A stretch of DNA of 64,000 nt from Geosiphon pyriformis uo1 (Eukaryota; Fungi; Glomeromycota), in NCBI GenBank assembly GCA_016748015.1, contig JAAOMT010000067.1:186001-250000 (forward strand). Reading direction: 5' to 3'. Shown one piece after another: positions 1-13,109 of this stretch (positions within the stretch are counted from its first letter, which is position 1; every line of letters begins with the position of its first letter). The notes under the pieces are model-generated. The model made no database searches. It saw only the letters and a list, made by a program, of their open reading frames with translations, and was not told the DNA's origin. Made by a program: the position numbers and the translations under genes.

Positions 1-1
1 A

Positions 2-412
2 ATTGGAAAAACGATTAAGGAAATCTTGCCCATAGACAAAAACTTGTTATATGGAAGGCAACTAGAACTCTATGGTTATTTTGGTGAAATCATAGAAGAA
101 ATGAAGCTCATGAAGAAAACAACTTCAGAGATACAAGTGAAAATTTTGGGCATTATACGTTTAAATGTCCCAAGAGTTTTGACCATTGCAAAAAGAGCCA
201 AAACTCTTATACAAAGATTTGGTCTCTTGGATACAAAGCTTATTTTGCCTCAAGTACTATATACTTTATCCACAAAAAACTTCAACAAACTAGTTAGTTT
301 TGAGTTAGACAAAACCCTTCACGTAGACTATCCCATAAATAGCTTGATTTCACCGGAGCTTAATCTCTTTGGAGAAGATGATGTTACAGTTGAAACCCAT
401 AGTTTTTATTAG
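2..412 (+). CDS. C-terminal part of extra 3' ORF (ORF3) of family C Gypsy, unknown function; runs through the PPT into the LTR
   Basis: Open frame from window start (IGKTIKEILPIDKNL...VETHSFY*); degenerate homologue at 6231-6886 downstream of integrase. Confidence 0.6.
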   Translation: MGKTIKEILPIDKNLLYGRQLELYGYFGEIIEEMKLMKKTTSEIQVKILGIIRLNVPRVLTIAKRAKTLIQRFGLLDTKLILPQVLYTLSTKNFNKLVSFELDKTLHVDYPINSLISPELNLFGEDDVTVETHSFY

Positions 413-1107
413 TTATTACATGTACTAGCCACTGATGTCATATAATTAGCCACCCTATTTTTAGATAGTAATCATTGACCTGATCAATGATCTGACCATT
501 GACCTGATCATTGACCTGATCATTGACCTGATCATTGACCTGATCATTGACCTAATCATTGACCTGATTGTTGATCTGGTTGTTGATCACTTTAGATAGC
601 TATATAAGCGATGATTCCCTTAACTGTAGAAAGACATGATCAAAGTAACGAAATAAAACAACATCAATTACTTCCTCTCATATCGCTTATTTCTCTTTCC
701 TTACCTTCAAGTATCTACTTGTTGGCATTCACATACCTTATCTTTTCCCCTTCTTGATTTGTATTTGTTAGAATTAGCCTGAGAAGCAATTGGCTTGCTC
801 TTGTAATTCATTGAATAAAGAAATGATTAAAAAGCACAACAATATCTGTTATTGATTCTAAGAATCACTGAGTTGAAGCATAGAATAATAGCAGCAGTGT
901 TATCTTGTTGACAATCATGGACTATTTCTCTACCTTCAGATTTAAGAAAAGATTAGCGACTGTAATTTTTATGAAACTGATCACACACATTGAATCCTTA
1001 CTTATTCAATTTACTCCCTTATTGTAATTCCCTCTTTGTTTATTTTCATCACCATACAATACTGTTCTTCCTTGCTATCCGTTAGCTTGTTACTCCAACC
1101 TGTAACA
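382..1107 (+). repeat. LTR, family C
   Basis: 8-bp terminal inverted repeat TGTTACAG/CTGTAACA; TATATAAG at ~601; homologous to 6856-7603. Confidence 0.85.
473..590 (+). repeat. 12-bp tandem repeat (CATTGACCTGAT) x ~9.5 in U3
   Basis: Directly visible; degenerate copy at ~6946-7062. Confidence 0.9.
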
Positions 1108-2849
1108 ATAAGTTTTGCTAATTAATAGTCACAGAGTTTGGATTGTTCTAATTTGGCTAAATTAGAACAATTAGAGTTTCAAATTCTGGGTTTTCTGAGA
1201 TTAGGTTTTTATACTTAAATTCCTGATTTTCATCTTTTTTTTCTAATTTTATAATCTCCCAAGGACTGGCAGTTTCGAAATTTGGTTGAGGTGGCAGTAA
1301 TTGAAATTCTGATGGCATTGGTAATTACAAATTAAATTCTTCAAAATAATCATTATAAGTTTCCAATAATTTTGCTTTTTTTTGTTTACTTTAAAATAGA
1401 AATTGGGCTGATGCTGTTTTTGCATTTGATATGGATGTGCCTGTTGATAAGATGTTGATAGCACTTTCAAGTGTATAGTGGTAAGATGGATTGGTTGATA
1501 ATTCAATTCTTGTTTTCTTCCAAGTAAGTGGTTGTATTCTCTAAAATATTACTGCTGGTGTTTGTAGTTTTCTTTTGTCCTTGTTTGTATAAGTGATTAG
1601 ATATTTTTGTTGAGTGTGATTTTTAATTTTTTAGTTAATTTTAGTGATAATTAATGCGAAATTATGAGTTATTGGTAGGCTGGTGTTTTGAATTAATTTG
1701 TTGTAAAAATTTTCTCTTGTTAATTCAATGTCTACTAGTGCTTCTAAAAAATATGAAATTCTTTCATTAATGTAGAAATTAAAGGCTAATTCTGTTAATA
1801 AATAGTTGCTGGTTAATTCTAAGTGTTAACAGTAGTTTTGGAATAAGAATTTGGTGAATTCTAAATAGTTTGTCTCTATTTTTTTTGATTCTGCCACTTT
1901 TAAATGGTGGTTTGTTGGTGCTGGTTCTCTGTAGGATTATATTTCACAGGAAGCACCAAATGTTACAAGTAATTATTTGGAATCTGGAAACAAATAACAA
2001 ATTTGTAACTTGGTGCTTAATAGTAGATATGATGGAAATAATCTCTGAAAGTTTTTGTGATTTGAAGATTTTCATTATCTAAAGGTTTTGTTAATCTGAA
2101 GATTTTGAGTTTGAGTTTTTGTATAATGAACAAAAATTCAATAGTTGTTTTATCAGTAGCCTCCTAGAATTACAATTCTGTCAAATTTTTTCTTTAATAT
2201 AGTGGCTGGTTTATTCTGGCAGTTATGTTCTTCTAATAAGCTATCCTCAATTTTCGAGTTCTTTATCCTTGTTTTTGGGTTTTTTACCAGGCTATTTTTG
2301 ATGTCAATAACTCAACACTCAATCTTTAATCAATTAGTAAACAACAAGAAACAACAAAAGAAAATAAAAAAATAAAGAAAATGCAGAAAATGAAGCCAAA
2401 ACAATTAAGTTAGTATTCTGTCAATAGCCATAATTAAGAGCTATTGTTTCAGTATAGTCAAGTATAAGTTACTATTAATATGAAGTATTGATAGTGAACA
2501 ATTGGATTGATATAATTAATAAATATATTTATTAATAGTGTAAATATATGGATACCAACTAAGAATTAGAATTCAGATTTCTGTCTTTTCTGCTTCTAAT
2601 ACTATCACTATATATACATAATTGAGATTCCTCAATTTCTCAATTTTTTGCACCAGGAATTCTGAAATTCTGCAATTCTTTGAGAGAAATTCTGGAATTC
2701 TGGAATCTTGCAATTTTTTATATAAGAATTCTGTAATTTTGGAATCCTGCAATTTTTTTAAAAAGAATCTTGAAATTTTTTATTTATTATGTCTATTTCT
2801 GATTGGCTAATTTATGTGTTAATATAATTTCTATATTTTATAAGTAATA
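1108..2849 (-). mobile_element. 5' part of Ty3/Gypsy element (A-type LTR, PBS, start of gag), interrupted by C1 and nested in C2
   Basis: Minus strand reads ...TGTAACA-TTTGGTGCTTCC (LTR end plus PBS, 1949-1960); gag region homologous to 42097-42950. Confidence 0.8.
1961..2849 (-). repeat. 5' LTR, A-type U3 (GAATTCCAG/GATTCCA repeats)
   Basis: TGTTACA at 1961 and TAAGTAATA at 2841-2849; homologous to 59774-60635 and the LTR starting at 40067. Confidence 0.75.
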
Positions 2850-5800
2850 TTACATTAATAATATTAGCATTAAAACTAACATAAAAGTATTTGAAACTAA
2901 AGAATACACTATTATTATTGGCAATAAATGGCTTAAAAAAGCAAAAGCCCTGCTTAACTATAAACTTTTAATTATCAGATGTAATAAGAAATCTATTGTG
3001 GTTAAGTACTGTTATTAGACAATTTTTCCAGTACCTAAACAGAGTTAAAAAGATAAACAATTAAATGAATCAGATAATAAAGAGAGTAATAAAAAAAAAA
3101 ATTAAGAAAAACAAAAAAAAACTACTGAACTTGCCTATACTATTTTTATCAACAATGGCAAGCCACTAAACAATATTAAAGCTGACAAAAAAAGAATTAT
3201 TTTAAATGGCAAATTGATCTGCTGGCCTTATTATAATATTCTCAAAAGAACTTTTAATAGAAAACCTGACAAAAAAGCAAAATACAGTTATTAGTAACAT
3301 GGTCCTTGTGCCAAATGCTAGTGTGATAAACTTTTGTATTCTCCTAGTAATAAATACAAGTCCTGTCTGATCTATTACAAAGATTGGGAGCCAATTAGTT
3401 TAATACTCAGAGAAAAATTAAAAAAAGTACAGAAATCCTTTGAGAATAAACCACTTAAAATCCAATCTCTTGTTGTAAAACAAAAAAAACTCTTCTTTAA
3501 AGAAAGAAAAGTAGACATTAAAAATCTGTTGGCTAAAAATAGCCCAGTTATCTCAAAAAAAAGTGATACCTCTGGACAAATCCATATAATACAACATATT
3601 ATTACCACCAAAAAAACTTACTCCATCTATTTAAAGCCTTATCAATTTAATCAATGCAATAATAAGTTCATCAAAAAAAAGATAAACCAAAAGTAAATAG
3701 GCTTTTCCATTTGTAGTGGTATTTAAAAAAGGTAGAACTCTATACTTCTGTGTTAATTATCATTAATTAAATGTCATTACTATAAAAAACATGTACTTAT
3801 TTTTTAAAATTGATGCAATGCTAGACAAATTTAATAGTGCTGCTTTTTTCTCAATTATTGACTTAACTGCTAAATTCTGGCAAGTAGAAATGAATCCAAA
3901 ACACAGAAAAAAAACTGCCTTTATTATCAAGTATGATACCTATAAATTTACAGTCATGCCTTTTGGTTTCACTAATGTTCTTCTTATCTTTTAATGCCTA
4001 ATAGATAAAATGTTTGAATTAGTAAAAGAAAACTTTGTTCTGGTTTACTTGAACAACATAATAATATACTTAAAAACTTTAGATAAATATCTAAAATATT
4101 TACAAAAGGTTTTTGACTCCCTTAAAAATGCTGGTCTCAAGATTAATCCAATTAAATTTTTTTTTAGACATTAATTTACCTAGTTTTTTGGTCATATTAT
4201 TACAAAAAATGGAATTTTCTCTGACTTAGATAAAGTTAAAAAAGTTCAAAACATTAGACAATTAATAAATGTTCTTAAACTATGCTTTTTTTTCGGTTTG
4301 GCTTCTTACTACTGCAAATTTATCAAGAATTTCTCTAAAATTGCTTTTTCTTTCAATTAGCTGCTCAGAAAAAATGTCAATTATCACTGGGGTATACATC
4401 AACAAAAAGTTTTTGAAACTTTAAAGAAAAAACTTGTTACTAAAGCAATCCTTAAACAACTTGATCTGAACCAACCTTTTATTCTGTACACTGATGCATC
4501 TGGCTATGAACTTAGTGCTGTCTTCTTACAAAAAGATGAAGATAACAGAAAACATGTTATAGTATATGCTAGTAGAATTCTCATACCAGCAGAACAGAAC
4601 TATTTAGTTACTAAACAAGAATACTTAGCAGTAGTTTGAACTACTAGTTACTGGAACCAATATTTTCTTGGTATAAAATTTTTAGTAATAACAAATCATC
4701 AAGTCTTGATTTGGCTGTACAATAAAAAAAAGCTAGAACACAAACAAATAATTTACTGAATATTCCACTTGAATAAATTCGACTATAACATTCAACATCA
4801 CAAAGAAGCCAATCATTAAAACACTAATGCTTTTTCTAAATTTATTATTTAGTGACAATACAATCTTTTTAAACCAAACCAACTTAATTATTAGTAACTT
4901 CTTTTTTTACAAACACAATAATAGACTTAAACAACTATTCTGCTTTAAAGAAATTTTTGGGTAAAGAACAATATCCACCAAAATACATTTGACAATAAAG
5001 AAAACATTTGTGCAAACAATCAAATTTCTATTTAATTTGCTAGAATTAATTATATAAAAGAAATAGAAAAAATCCTGATCATTTCCATAAAGTTATAAGA
5101 TTTGAAGAAAAAAAAATTGTGATCTATAATATGCATACTGATCTATTAGCTAAACACTTTGAAAAAACAAAAACAATTCAGAAAATTTTAGTTTATTATT
5201 ATTGGCCTATTTTGAAAAAAGACATTGCTGAGTACATCAAAACTTGTAACATTTGCCAAAAAAGAGAAAAACCTAATCACAAAGAAGATAGTCATCCAAT
5301 TTTTGTTAATCAACTATTTAACAGAATTAACATAAATGTTATTAGATCTTTAACAATAACTCTTGATGACAATAGATACATTATTACAGCTACTGACTAT
5401 CTTATAAAGTGCCAACTTTATTTATGAAAATATTATTTGTTACCATGGCTGCCCCAAAAAACTTTTATCTAATAAAGAAAAAATTTTTCTTAGTATATTG
5501 GTTGAAAAACTTTGTAGAAAAATGGAAATACATTATAAACTTTCTTTTTTTTATTACCCTCAAACAAATAGCTTAGTAAAATATTTTAACAAAACTCTAT
5601 GTAAAACATTAGCCAAAACCAGTGAAAAAACAAACTTATAAGATAAAGTACTGTCTTTAGCTTTGTTTGCTTGTAGAATTGTAAATTATAACATAACAAG
5701 TTATAAACTTTTTTATCTGCTCTATAGATGTATGACAATACTACTAATAGAAACTAATATTGAAACAATATTCTTTAAAGAAATCACAATAAAAAATTAT

Positions 5801-6165
5801 AAAGACATTTTGCAAAAGAAACTTGGTACAATTTTTGACTCCTTAATAGAAGCACAAATAATTGTCTTTGAAAAGATAAAACAGTTTTAAGAAAAGCTTA
5901 AGAAAAAAAAACCTATAAAACACTTTTCTTAAGTATTGGTGACTTAGTTTTGGAATACCATTTAAACAAAGACAATATCTACAGTAATAAATTTTCTAGC
6001 CAATAGAAAAGACTCTTTATAGTCAACAAAGTTTTGAATAATAGTTCTTATATCTTACAAAATCAATATAAAACAATCTTTAATAATCATTCTGTTCATG
6101 ATACATAACTTAAAAAATATCATAAATAATCTGATTAGTTGTCTGTTATGATAATATTGACTTAA
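2850..6165 (+). pseudogene. pol: Degenerate Gypsy pol (RT, RNase H, integrase)
   Basis: FSIIDLTAKFWQV, KTAF, VMPFG, YLNN (=YLDD, ~4046), LYTDAS (~4484), H..KHF..YYWP..CNICQ zinc motif, GPF-like motif ~6005; many stops. Confidence 0.9.
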
Positions 6166-6230
6166 ATAATCAGCAAAAATCAGATATAAATAAATGTATT
6201 ATTCTCAAAACAAAGATATTTCTAATTAAC

Positions 6231-6886
6231 ATGAACAATTATTTTCTGGATCAAAACATTTAAAACATTTTTTATACTTTTTATAAGTATTGGATCAAAA
6301 ACTATTCAAATATTACTCTGATTATTAGAAAACAAATTACCATAACTAATAACAGTAAAACACATATTGTTATTAGACCAAAAAAAACCACTACCAGAAA
6401 AAAAAAATTGGTAGCAAATTAGATAAATATCTGTTAGAAAACATAACAATAGTAATACTTCTATCTTCTAGCACAATTGAAAAAACAATCTAAGAAATTT
6501 TGTCTATAAACAAAAACTTATCATATGGAAAGCAATTAAAACTTTATAGTTACTTTGGTGAAATTATAGAAGATATGAAATTTATAAAAAAAACAACTTC
6601 AGAGATCTAGGTAGAAATTTTGGGCATTATATAGTTAAATATTCCAAGAGTTTTTACTATTGCTAGAAAAGCCAAAACTCTTATAAAAAGATTTGGTTTC
6701 TTGAATACAAAATTTATTTTGTCTCAGATATTATATACTTTATCTACAAAAAACTTTAATAAACTAGTTAATTTTGAGCTAAACAAAACTTTTTAAATAG
6801 ATTATCTCATAAATAGCTTGATTTTACTGAAGTTTAATCTTTTTGAAAAGAATAATATTTTGGTTAAAATCTATAATTTTTATTAG
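6231..6886 (+). pseudogene. Extra 3' ORF3 of family C, degenerate
   Basis: ATG at 6231; 3' half aligns to ORF 2-412. Confidence 0.55.
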
Positions 6887-7603
6887 TTATTATATATATT
6901 AGCCACTAATATTATATAATTAACCACCCTATTTTTAGATAGTGATTATTGACCTGATCAATGATTTGATCAATAACCTAACTGTTAACCTGATTATTGA
7001 CCTGATTATTAATTTGATCATTGACTTGATTATTGATCTAGTTATTAACCTGGTTATTGACCATTTTTAATAGCTATATAAGTAATGAGTCTCTTAACTG
7101 TAGAAAAACATAATCAAAGTAATGAAATAAAATTCATTATCAATTATTTCCTCTTATATTACTTATTCCTTTTTTTCTACTTTTAAGTATCTGAACATTT
7201 TGGGATAAAAAATTATTTGTTAGTATTTACATATCTTATCTTTTTTTTTCTTAATTTGTATTATTAAAATTAGTCTAAGAAGCAATTGCTTGCTTTTGTG
7301 ATTTATTGAATAAATAAATAATTAAAAAGCACAATAATATCTATTATTGATTTTAAAAATTGCCAAGTTGAAACATAGAATAATAGCAATAGTGTTATTT
7401 TATTAATAATTACAGACTATTTCTCTACCTTTAGATTTCCAGAAAAGATTTATGACTGTGATTTTTATGAGACTAATTACGCATATTGAATTTTTATTCA
7501 TTCAATTCACTTCTTTATTGTAATTTTTTTTTTGTTTATTTCTATTATTTTACAATCCTGTTCTTTCTTGTTATCTATTAGCTTGTTATTCTAACTTATA
7601 ACA
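6856..7603 (+). repeat. 3' LTR, family C (heavily C>T/G>A mutated)
   Basis: Colinear with 382-1107; ends TATAACA. Confidence 0.85.
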
Positions 7604-8249
7604 GTACTATTTAAGATTACCTGATAGACTTATTGTTTAATAAATCTAGTATTATTAATGTTGATTTTATGTTTTACAATATTAGTGCATTTGAATTTAT
7701 TTTTACTAGTAAAAATATTAATGTATTGGTTCAAAAAAATTTTAAATTGTATTTGCTATAGAGTACTTAAGTTTTTTAAGTTCAGTTTATCAATTTTCTC
7801 TTTAGTAAATAAGTAGTTTTTTTTTAGCAGATTTTATACTTGTAAAGTAATACTACAAAATAAAAACAGTTATACAAAATTAAGAATGGATTAAAGTTGT
7901 TTAAAAATTCAAATATCTAAAAAATAAAACCAATAAAAGTTTTTTTAAGAATTTTAATAATATTTTTAGTAAAATTGTGGATAAGAATTTTGAGATGTTT
8001 ATATGCTTTGGCAAATATATACAGATTAGAAATATTGGCTAAAAAACAAATTTCCAGAACTATTTTAAATAGTAGAACTTGATCCTGAATTTTTTAATTA
8101 ACTTTCAGAATATATTGTCAATATAAAGAAATAGAAATAATTATATTAATGTAAATAAATTTTATCTGGTTATTAGCATTTTCTATGAAATTGATTTGTA
8201 CATTTTTTTTTTACTTGACCCAAATTCTTAGATTTCTTAAACAGTAAAA

Positions 8250-8600
8250 CCTAATTTTTGCATATGATTATGAAAATTAGTTAAAAAATTTTTACAAAAA
8301 GTAAAAATATAATTTATGTAATTTTTTCTTATAATTTGATTGTGTAAAACTTATTAAAATTGTTTTAAAGTATTGTAATTATATTTTTAATATATCTAAC
8401 ATCAATTATTTTTTCTTTAATATCTATTTTTTTGTTTATAAGACTAAGCTAAAATGTAATTTAAACTATAATACTAATAAAGATTTTTAAAACTAATTTT
8501 AGATTTATTTTTACAAGAAAATAGAATGCTATAACTATGAAAGATTGTCTAAAATATCTTAAATTAAACTTAGCATTATTTACATGTATTTTTTAAAAAC
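8250..8600 (-). pseudogene. dUTPase domain remnant
   Basis: Minus-strand translation H-VNNAKFNLRY (motif 1, ancestral DAGFDLRY) followed by KINLKLVLKI-like segment, matching ~45960-46110. Confidence 0.55.
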
Positions 8601-11600
8601 ATGTTTTTTTATTATTATTGTTATATCATTTCAGTTCTAATTTTTTGAAAAAATTAAGATATGCAAAGTACTGTTTTATTTTAATAGTCATATTTAGCTC
8701 TGAAAATATCATATTTTTTGTTACTAATATATACTTTTTTTCAGGTTTTGTAATTTTTAAGATAATATATAATGTTAACAAAAATAAATTAAACAAAAAA
8801 TTACATTTATCATAATACTAAAAATAATAAATAATTAAACAATAATTGTACAGTTTTGTATTAAAATTGATTAGTCTTAGTTTCTGTTTTTTTGAATAAA
8901 AACAAGTTTTTAATACTAGTTTTAAAATGCTTTAGAATTATTAATGAATAAATTATCTATCTTTTCAATAATTATTGAAGTATTCTTTATAATATGTATT
9001 TTTTTAATAATAGTATTTTTGCACTTTGCTGTGGCTATTTTCTAAATTTTTTTTTATTGTAAAAGTATAAATCCAGTTGTTTTATTGCTTGACTATAAGT
9101 TGTAGTAAACAAAGTTTTTTTTTGGGTCTAGTTATTGATTAGAATAATATACTGACAGAATTTTTTATATGTTTTTTTTCTATTAAAAACATTATTTTAT
9201 TTGGTAAAATTTTGCCATATATAAGACATAATGTATTGTTTTATTTGTTTTGTTGTTTTGGTTATTTAAATTATTTTAATATACAAGGTCAGCAATAGTA
9301 TTTTATAGCAGTTGGTCATACTTTATTGTTTTTGATATATGCACCCATTGAGAATAATTTTTTTACAATCAACATAGATTAATTTTGAGGGTTAATATAA
9401 TTGATTTCTTTAATTCAAAGTTAGTTAAACTAATATTAATGCCTGAAGTTTTTTGTCAGCTTTTTTTTTGTCTTTTTTTTCTATGTAAAAAATAGTAATA
9501 GATCTGTTTTAAAATTGTTTGCCCAAAAAACTTGGTAAGTTTTCAAGATTAATTGGAGGTTAGATTCTTCAAATTTAATTAAAAATTGTTCTGAAATTAT
9601 GTTTCTAAAATATTTACACATAGCTAATATTTTGTTATATTGTTTATTAAAAATAATCTGAAGCTTTTGTGTGTTCTAGTTTAATATTATATGAGCTTTT
9701 AATAACCAATTGTTTTTTATAAAAGCTTAATATTAAGTGGCTTTTATAATGAATATTTTAGTTGGAATTTTGATTTTATTGATTTTAAATAAGAAATTGT
9801 CAATCTTTTTTATTGGTGTTTTAGTATTTTTATCCATAGTAATTATTTTAACAATGGCTGTATAATCTACTCAGTAACTTAGTTAATTTATAAGCTGTTT
9901 CATAATTATATTGTCTGCTAATTTACTGTTAAATATTAGTTTAATGTTTATTTTTTCTATTTTTGTATCAGTATATATTATCATAATTGGTTTGTTTTAA
10001 TTTATAGCAGCTTTGCTAAAAAAATCAACAATGTTTAAAATATTAATTTTAAATAAAAATATGGTAATTAGTATATTATTTTCAATGATAATGATAGAAA
10101 AGATCAGTCTAACTGCTATTAAAAAAGAAAAAATTGGTGATTTCTACTACAGTTTTCTTTTTTAAAGATACAGTATTATCAAAATTTGGAGTTTTTGTAA
10201 AACCAAAATATGAAGCTTGGTTTAAATATTTTGTTAATATTGCTTGAAATAATAGATTACTACAATTTATAAATTGAATTGGTTTACTGAAAAATTGCAT
10301 CTAATTTCTATTGTTGTTTTACTATTATTGATTACAGTCAATAGTTTATAGTCTTGAATTGTTATATAATAAAGCTTAGTATTAGAGTGATATCTATAAT
10401 ATTGTTAATAAAGATTGAAAATAATTTGGTAGTGGTTGAAATAAGTATAAAGATTGTTAATATAAAAATATTAAGTATTGAAATTTTATAAATTAGAAAT
10501 ATCTGGATTGTTATTAATATTGGTTTTCATAGTTTTGATTTGAAATTTTCTTGCAACAATTTTTTGCAATGTGTTTGGACTTTTAAAAATAATAGCAATT
10601 ATAAAAATTTTGTTTTTAAAATTGTTGTTATTGATAATATTGCTGTTACTAATAATTATTAGTATTTTTTCTATGTTGTAATAGTTAATAAGTTCTAGAA
10701 TTTTATGCTAAGAATCTCTCAATTTTTTGAGACAATTTTTTACTTAATTAAGTAAAACTTTGCATTAATATTTAATGTTTTGTTAATAGACAAATTGACA
10801 GCTTAGATATGATTGGCTTTTTGTTTTGTTAATTTGAAGTTACTAACAAGTATTATAACTTCTTATAAGTTGTCAGAGTGTTAAGATCCAATAAATTAAA
10901 TAATACTGTTCTTTAGTTTCTTAATAAATTGGTTGAAAATTTGATCTAAAATGTAATAGTCTTTTTTAATTGTTTGAATTTAATAGAAAATTTGTTTAAT
11001 TTTTTAAAATAAGTGGTTACAGCTTTATAATTTTTTTGTTTTATTATGTTAAATTAATTTTACAGTCTGATAAGCATATTTGGATTACAAAAATATTATA
11101 AAAAAACAAGTTTAAAGATAGCAAAATCAGTTAGTTTCTTATCAAAACTTTAATATTATAAATCTGTAGTTTTAATTAAGAAGAAAAATAGAGCTTGTAT
11201 TGTTTTGGCCTTATCTTAATTGTTAGCTGTAATTGTTTTTTTGGCTTCTGCAATCCAAGTATATGTGTTTTTTTTTATCTAAGAATTTTTCCAGTTAGTA
11301 ATATTTTTATAAGTTATAATCTAAGTAATAAAGATTTGTTTAATTGTTAACAAAAAAATATTGACAAAGATATATTTAGTTATTTTGTTAAATTTAATAC
11401 TGGTTGTTTTTTTTGTTAATAACAATAATAGTTTGTAATATAAATATTATTTTTAAAAGAGTAGTTGTTAATTTAATTAAAGACAATACTAGAGATTGTG
11501 TTCAAAAAAAGTGTTTTTAACTAAGTTACTGGATGTTGAAGTAAGGCTTTTAAATATGATTTTATATTTTTTTAAAGATTTATTCCAAAAATTCTGGTTA

Positions 11601-11859
11601 AAGTCCTAAAAATACAGATTTTTAAAAATTCTCAAAGTTTTTGCTTGTAATTTGGTAGATTTTTTGAATAAAATTTTGCTTTTTAAGGTTTAATAATAGA
11701 AAAAAATTGTTGATAAAAGAAACTTCAATTTTTTATTAACTATAAATAGAAGATTTTTTTATGTAGTTTGTCTATTATTGTCAGAATTAAACTTGAATTT
11801 TTCAAAATTAGATTTCAATATTTGTTTTTTTTTCTTCTAAAAGTATTAATTTTGGGTGT

Positions 11860-12763
11860 TGTTATAGGTAATTATTTGGGGTGTGAAAACAAATAACAAA
11901 CTTGTAATTTGATGTTTAATAGCTTATACAGTTAATAATATTTGAAAGTTTTGTTGATTTAAAGGTTTTGGTTGAGTTTTTTGTATAATAAACAGAGATT
12001 TAATAGTTGTTTCAGTACCCTTTTAAAAGTGTATTTTATGAATTTTTTTCTCAACTTAATGGCTGGTTTTTTTTAGTAAGCTATTCTTAAATTCTGAGTT
12101 TTTACTCTTATTTTTGAGTCTTTTATCAGTCTTTTTTTGATGTCAATAACTCTGTATGTTAATCTTTTAATCAATTAATAAACACAAACAAAAAAAAATA
12201 AAAAATAAAAAATAAAAAAAAATAAAAAGAAAATAAGAAATTAGTATTCCATTAATAGTTATGATCAAAAGCTATTGGTTCAATGTAATTAAGTGTTAGA
12301 ATCTATTAACATGGAGTGTTAATAAAGTAAAAGTGATTAAATATTTCTTAATCAAATAACAATAACATAGATTCAGGTAATAATTAATATTTTATTGATA
12401 TGTAATTTAATTTCATTTCGAGTTATAGAAAACTGTTTTTTAAAGAAAAGAGTATTGGATAATTAATTGATTATAAATTAGATTCTAAGATGAATTTTGT
12501 TTTTTCTATTTCTAATACTTTTATTATATACACTTATTTTTTTGTTTTATGAAATCTCATATTTTCCTAAGCAATATGCCCTAATTTATTAACAATATTT
12601 ATATTGTTAAGCAGTGTGCTATAATTTGCTAGTAATATACATATTACTAAGCAATATGTCATAGTTTTTTAATATTGTGCTCATGTATTAAGTACTATTC
12701 TCCTATTAGTTTATTTTTTTATTTGTTTTTTCTACTTTTTTTTGTATTTTTTTATAAATAACA
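11860..12763 (-). repeat. Solo LTR (B-type U3 repeats) inserted in gag of the D element
   Basis: TGTTATA...ATAACA termini; TSD GTGT (11856-11859) / ATGT (12764-12767); no adjacent PBS or PPT. Confidence 0.7.
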
Positions 12764-13109
12764 ATGTATATCTCGATTTTTTTGTTAATTAAAACAAGAA
12801 TTTTAGCTATGATTTATGTTGTAATTAAAGTTGTATATATTAATAATTGTTAATGAATTTGTTTTTTAAGTTTTTTTGTATTGATTGTTTGGCCTAGTAA
12901 ATAGTTAATTTTAGCATATATACAATAGCAAAAATTGCTTTCAACAATAATAATTTTTGTTAGAATTTCCAAGTCTTTCCTAAAGTATTAAAATAATGCT
13001 TTTCTAAATAGTAAGTAATTTTTTTTTATAGTTTTAATAGTTGCTATTTTTGTGAATTTTTGGAATGTTTTGTCTCTATAAATTTAATAATCCTATAAAA
13101 ACACCCAAA

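Larger units (their letters stand above)
1..1107 (+). mobile_element. 3' end of Ty3/Gypsy LTR retrotransposon (family C, copy C1): extra 3' ORF, PPT, 3' LTR
   Basis: Aligns by eye with ~6477-7603, which follows an integrase; purine tract GGAGAAGATGA (371-381) directly before TGTTACAG; ends CTGTAACA at 1107. Confidence 0.85.
2850..7603 (+). mobile_element. Ty3/Gypsy family C copy C2 (pol from protease C-terminus to 3' LTR)
   Basis: Domain order RT-RNase H-integrase, then ORF3, PPT and LTR. Confidence 0.85.

Noticed and set aside
2340-2420. TACTAAC/TACTAAT plus pyrimidine tract in LTRs as an intron 3' end
   Set aside because: No consistent 5' splice site or acceptor could be placed across copies; may simply be a U-rich 3'-processing tract
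2640-2780. Heat-shock elements in A-type U3 (TTC-nn-GAA)
   Set aside because: Only two-unit dyads; spacing does not give three alternating nGAAn units
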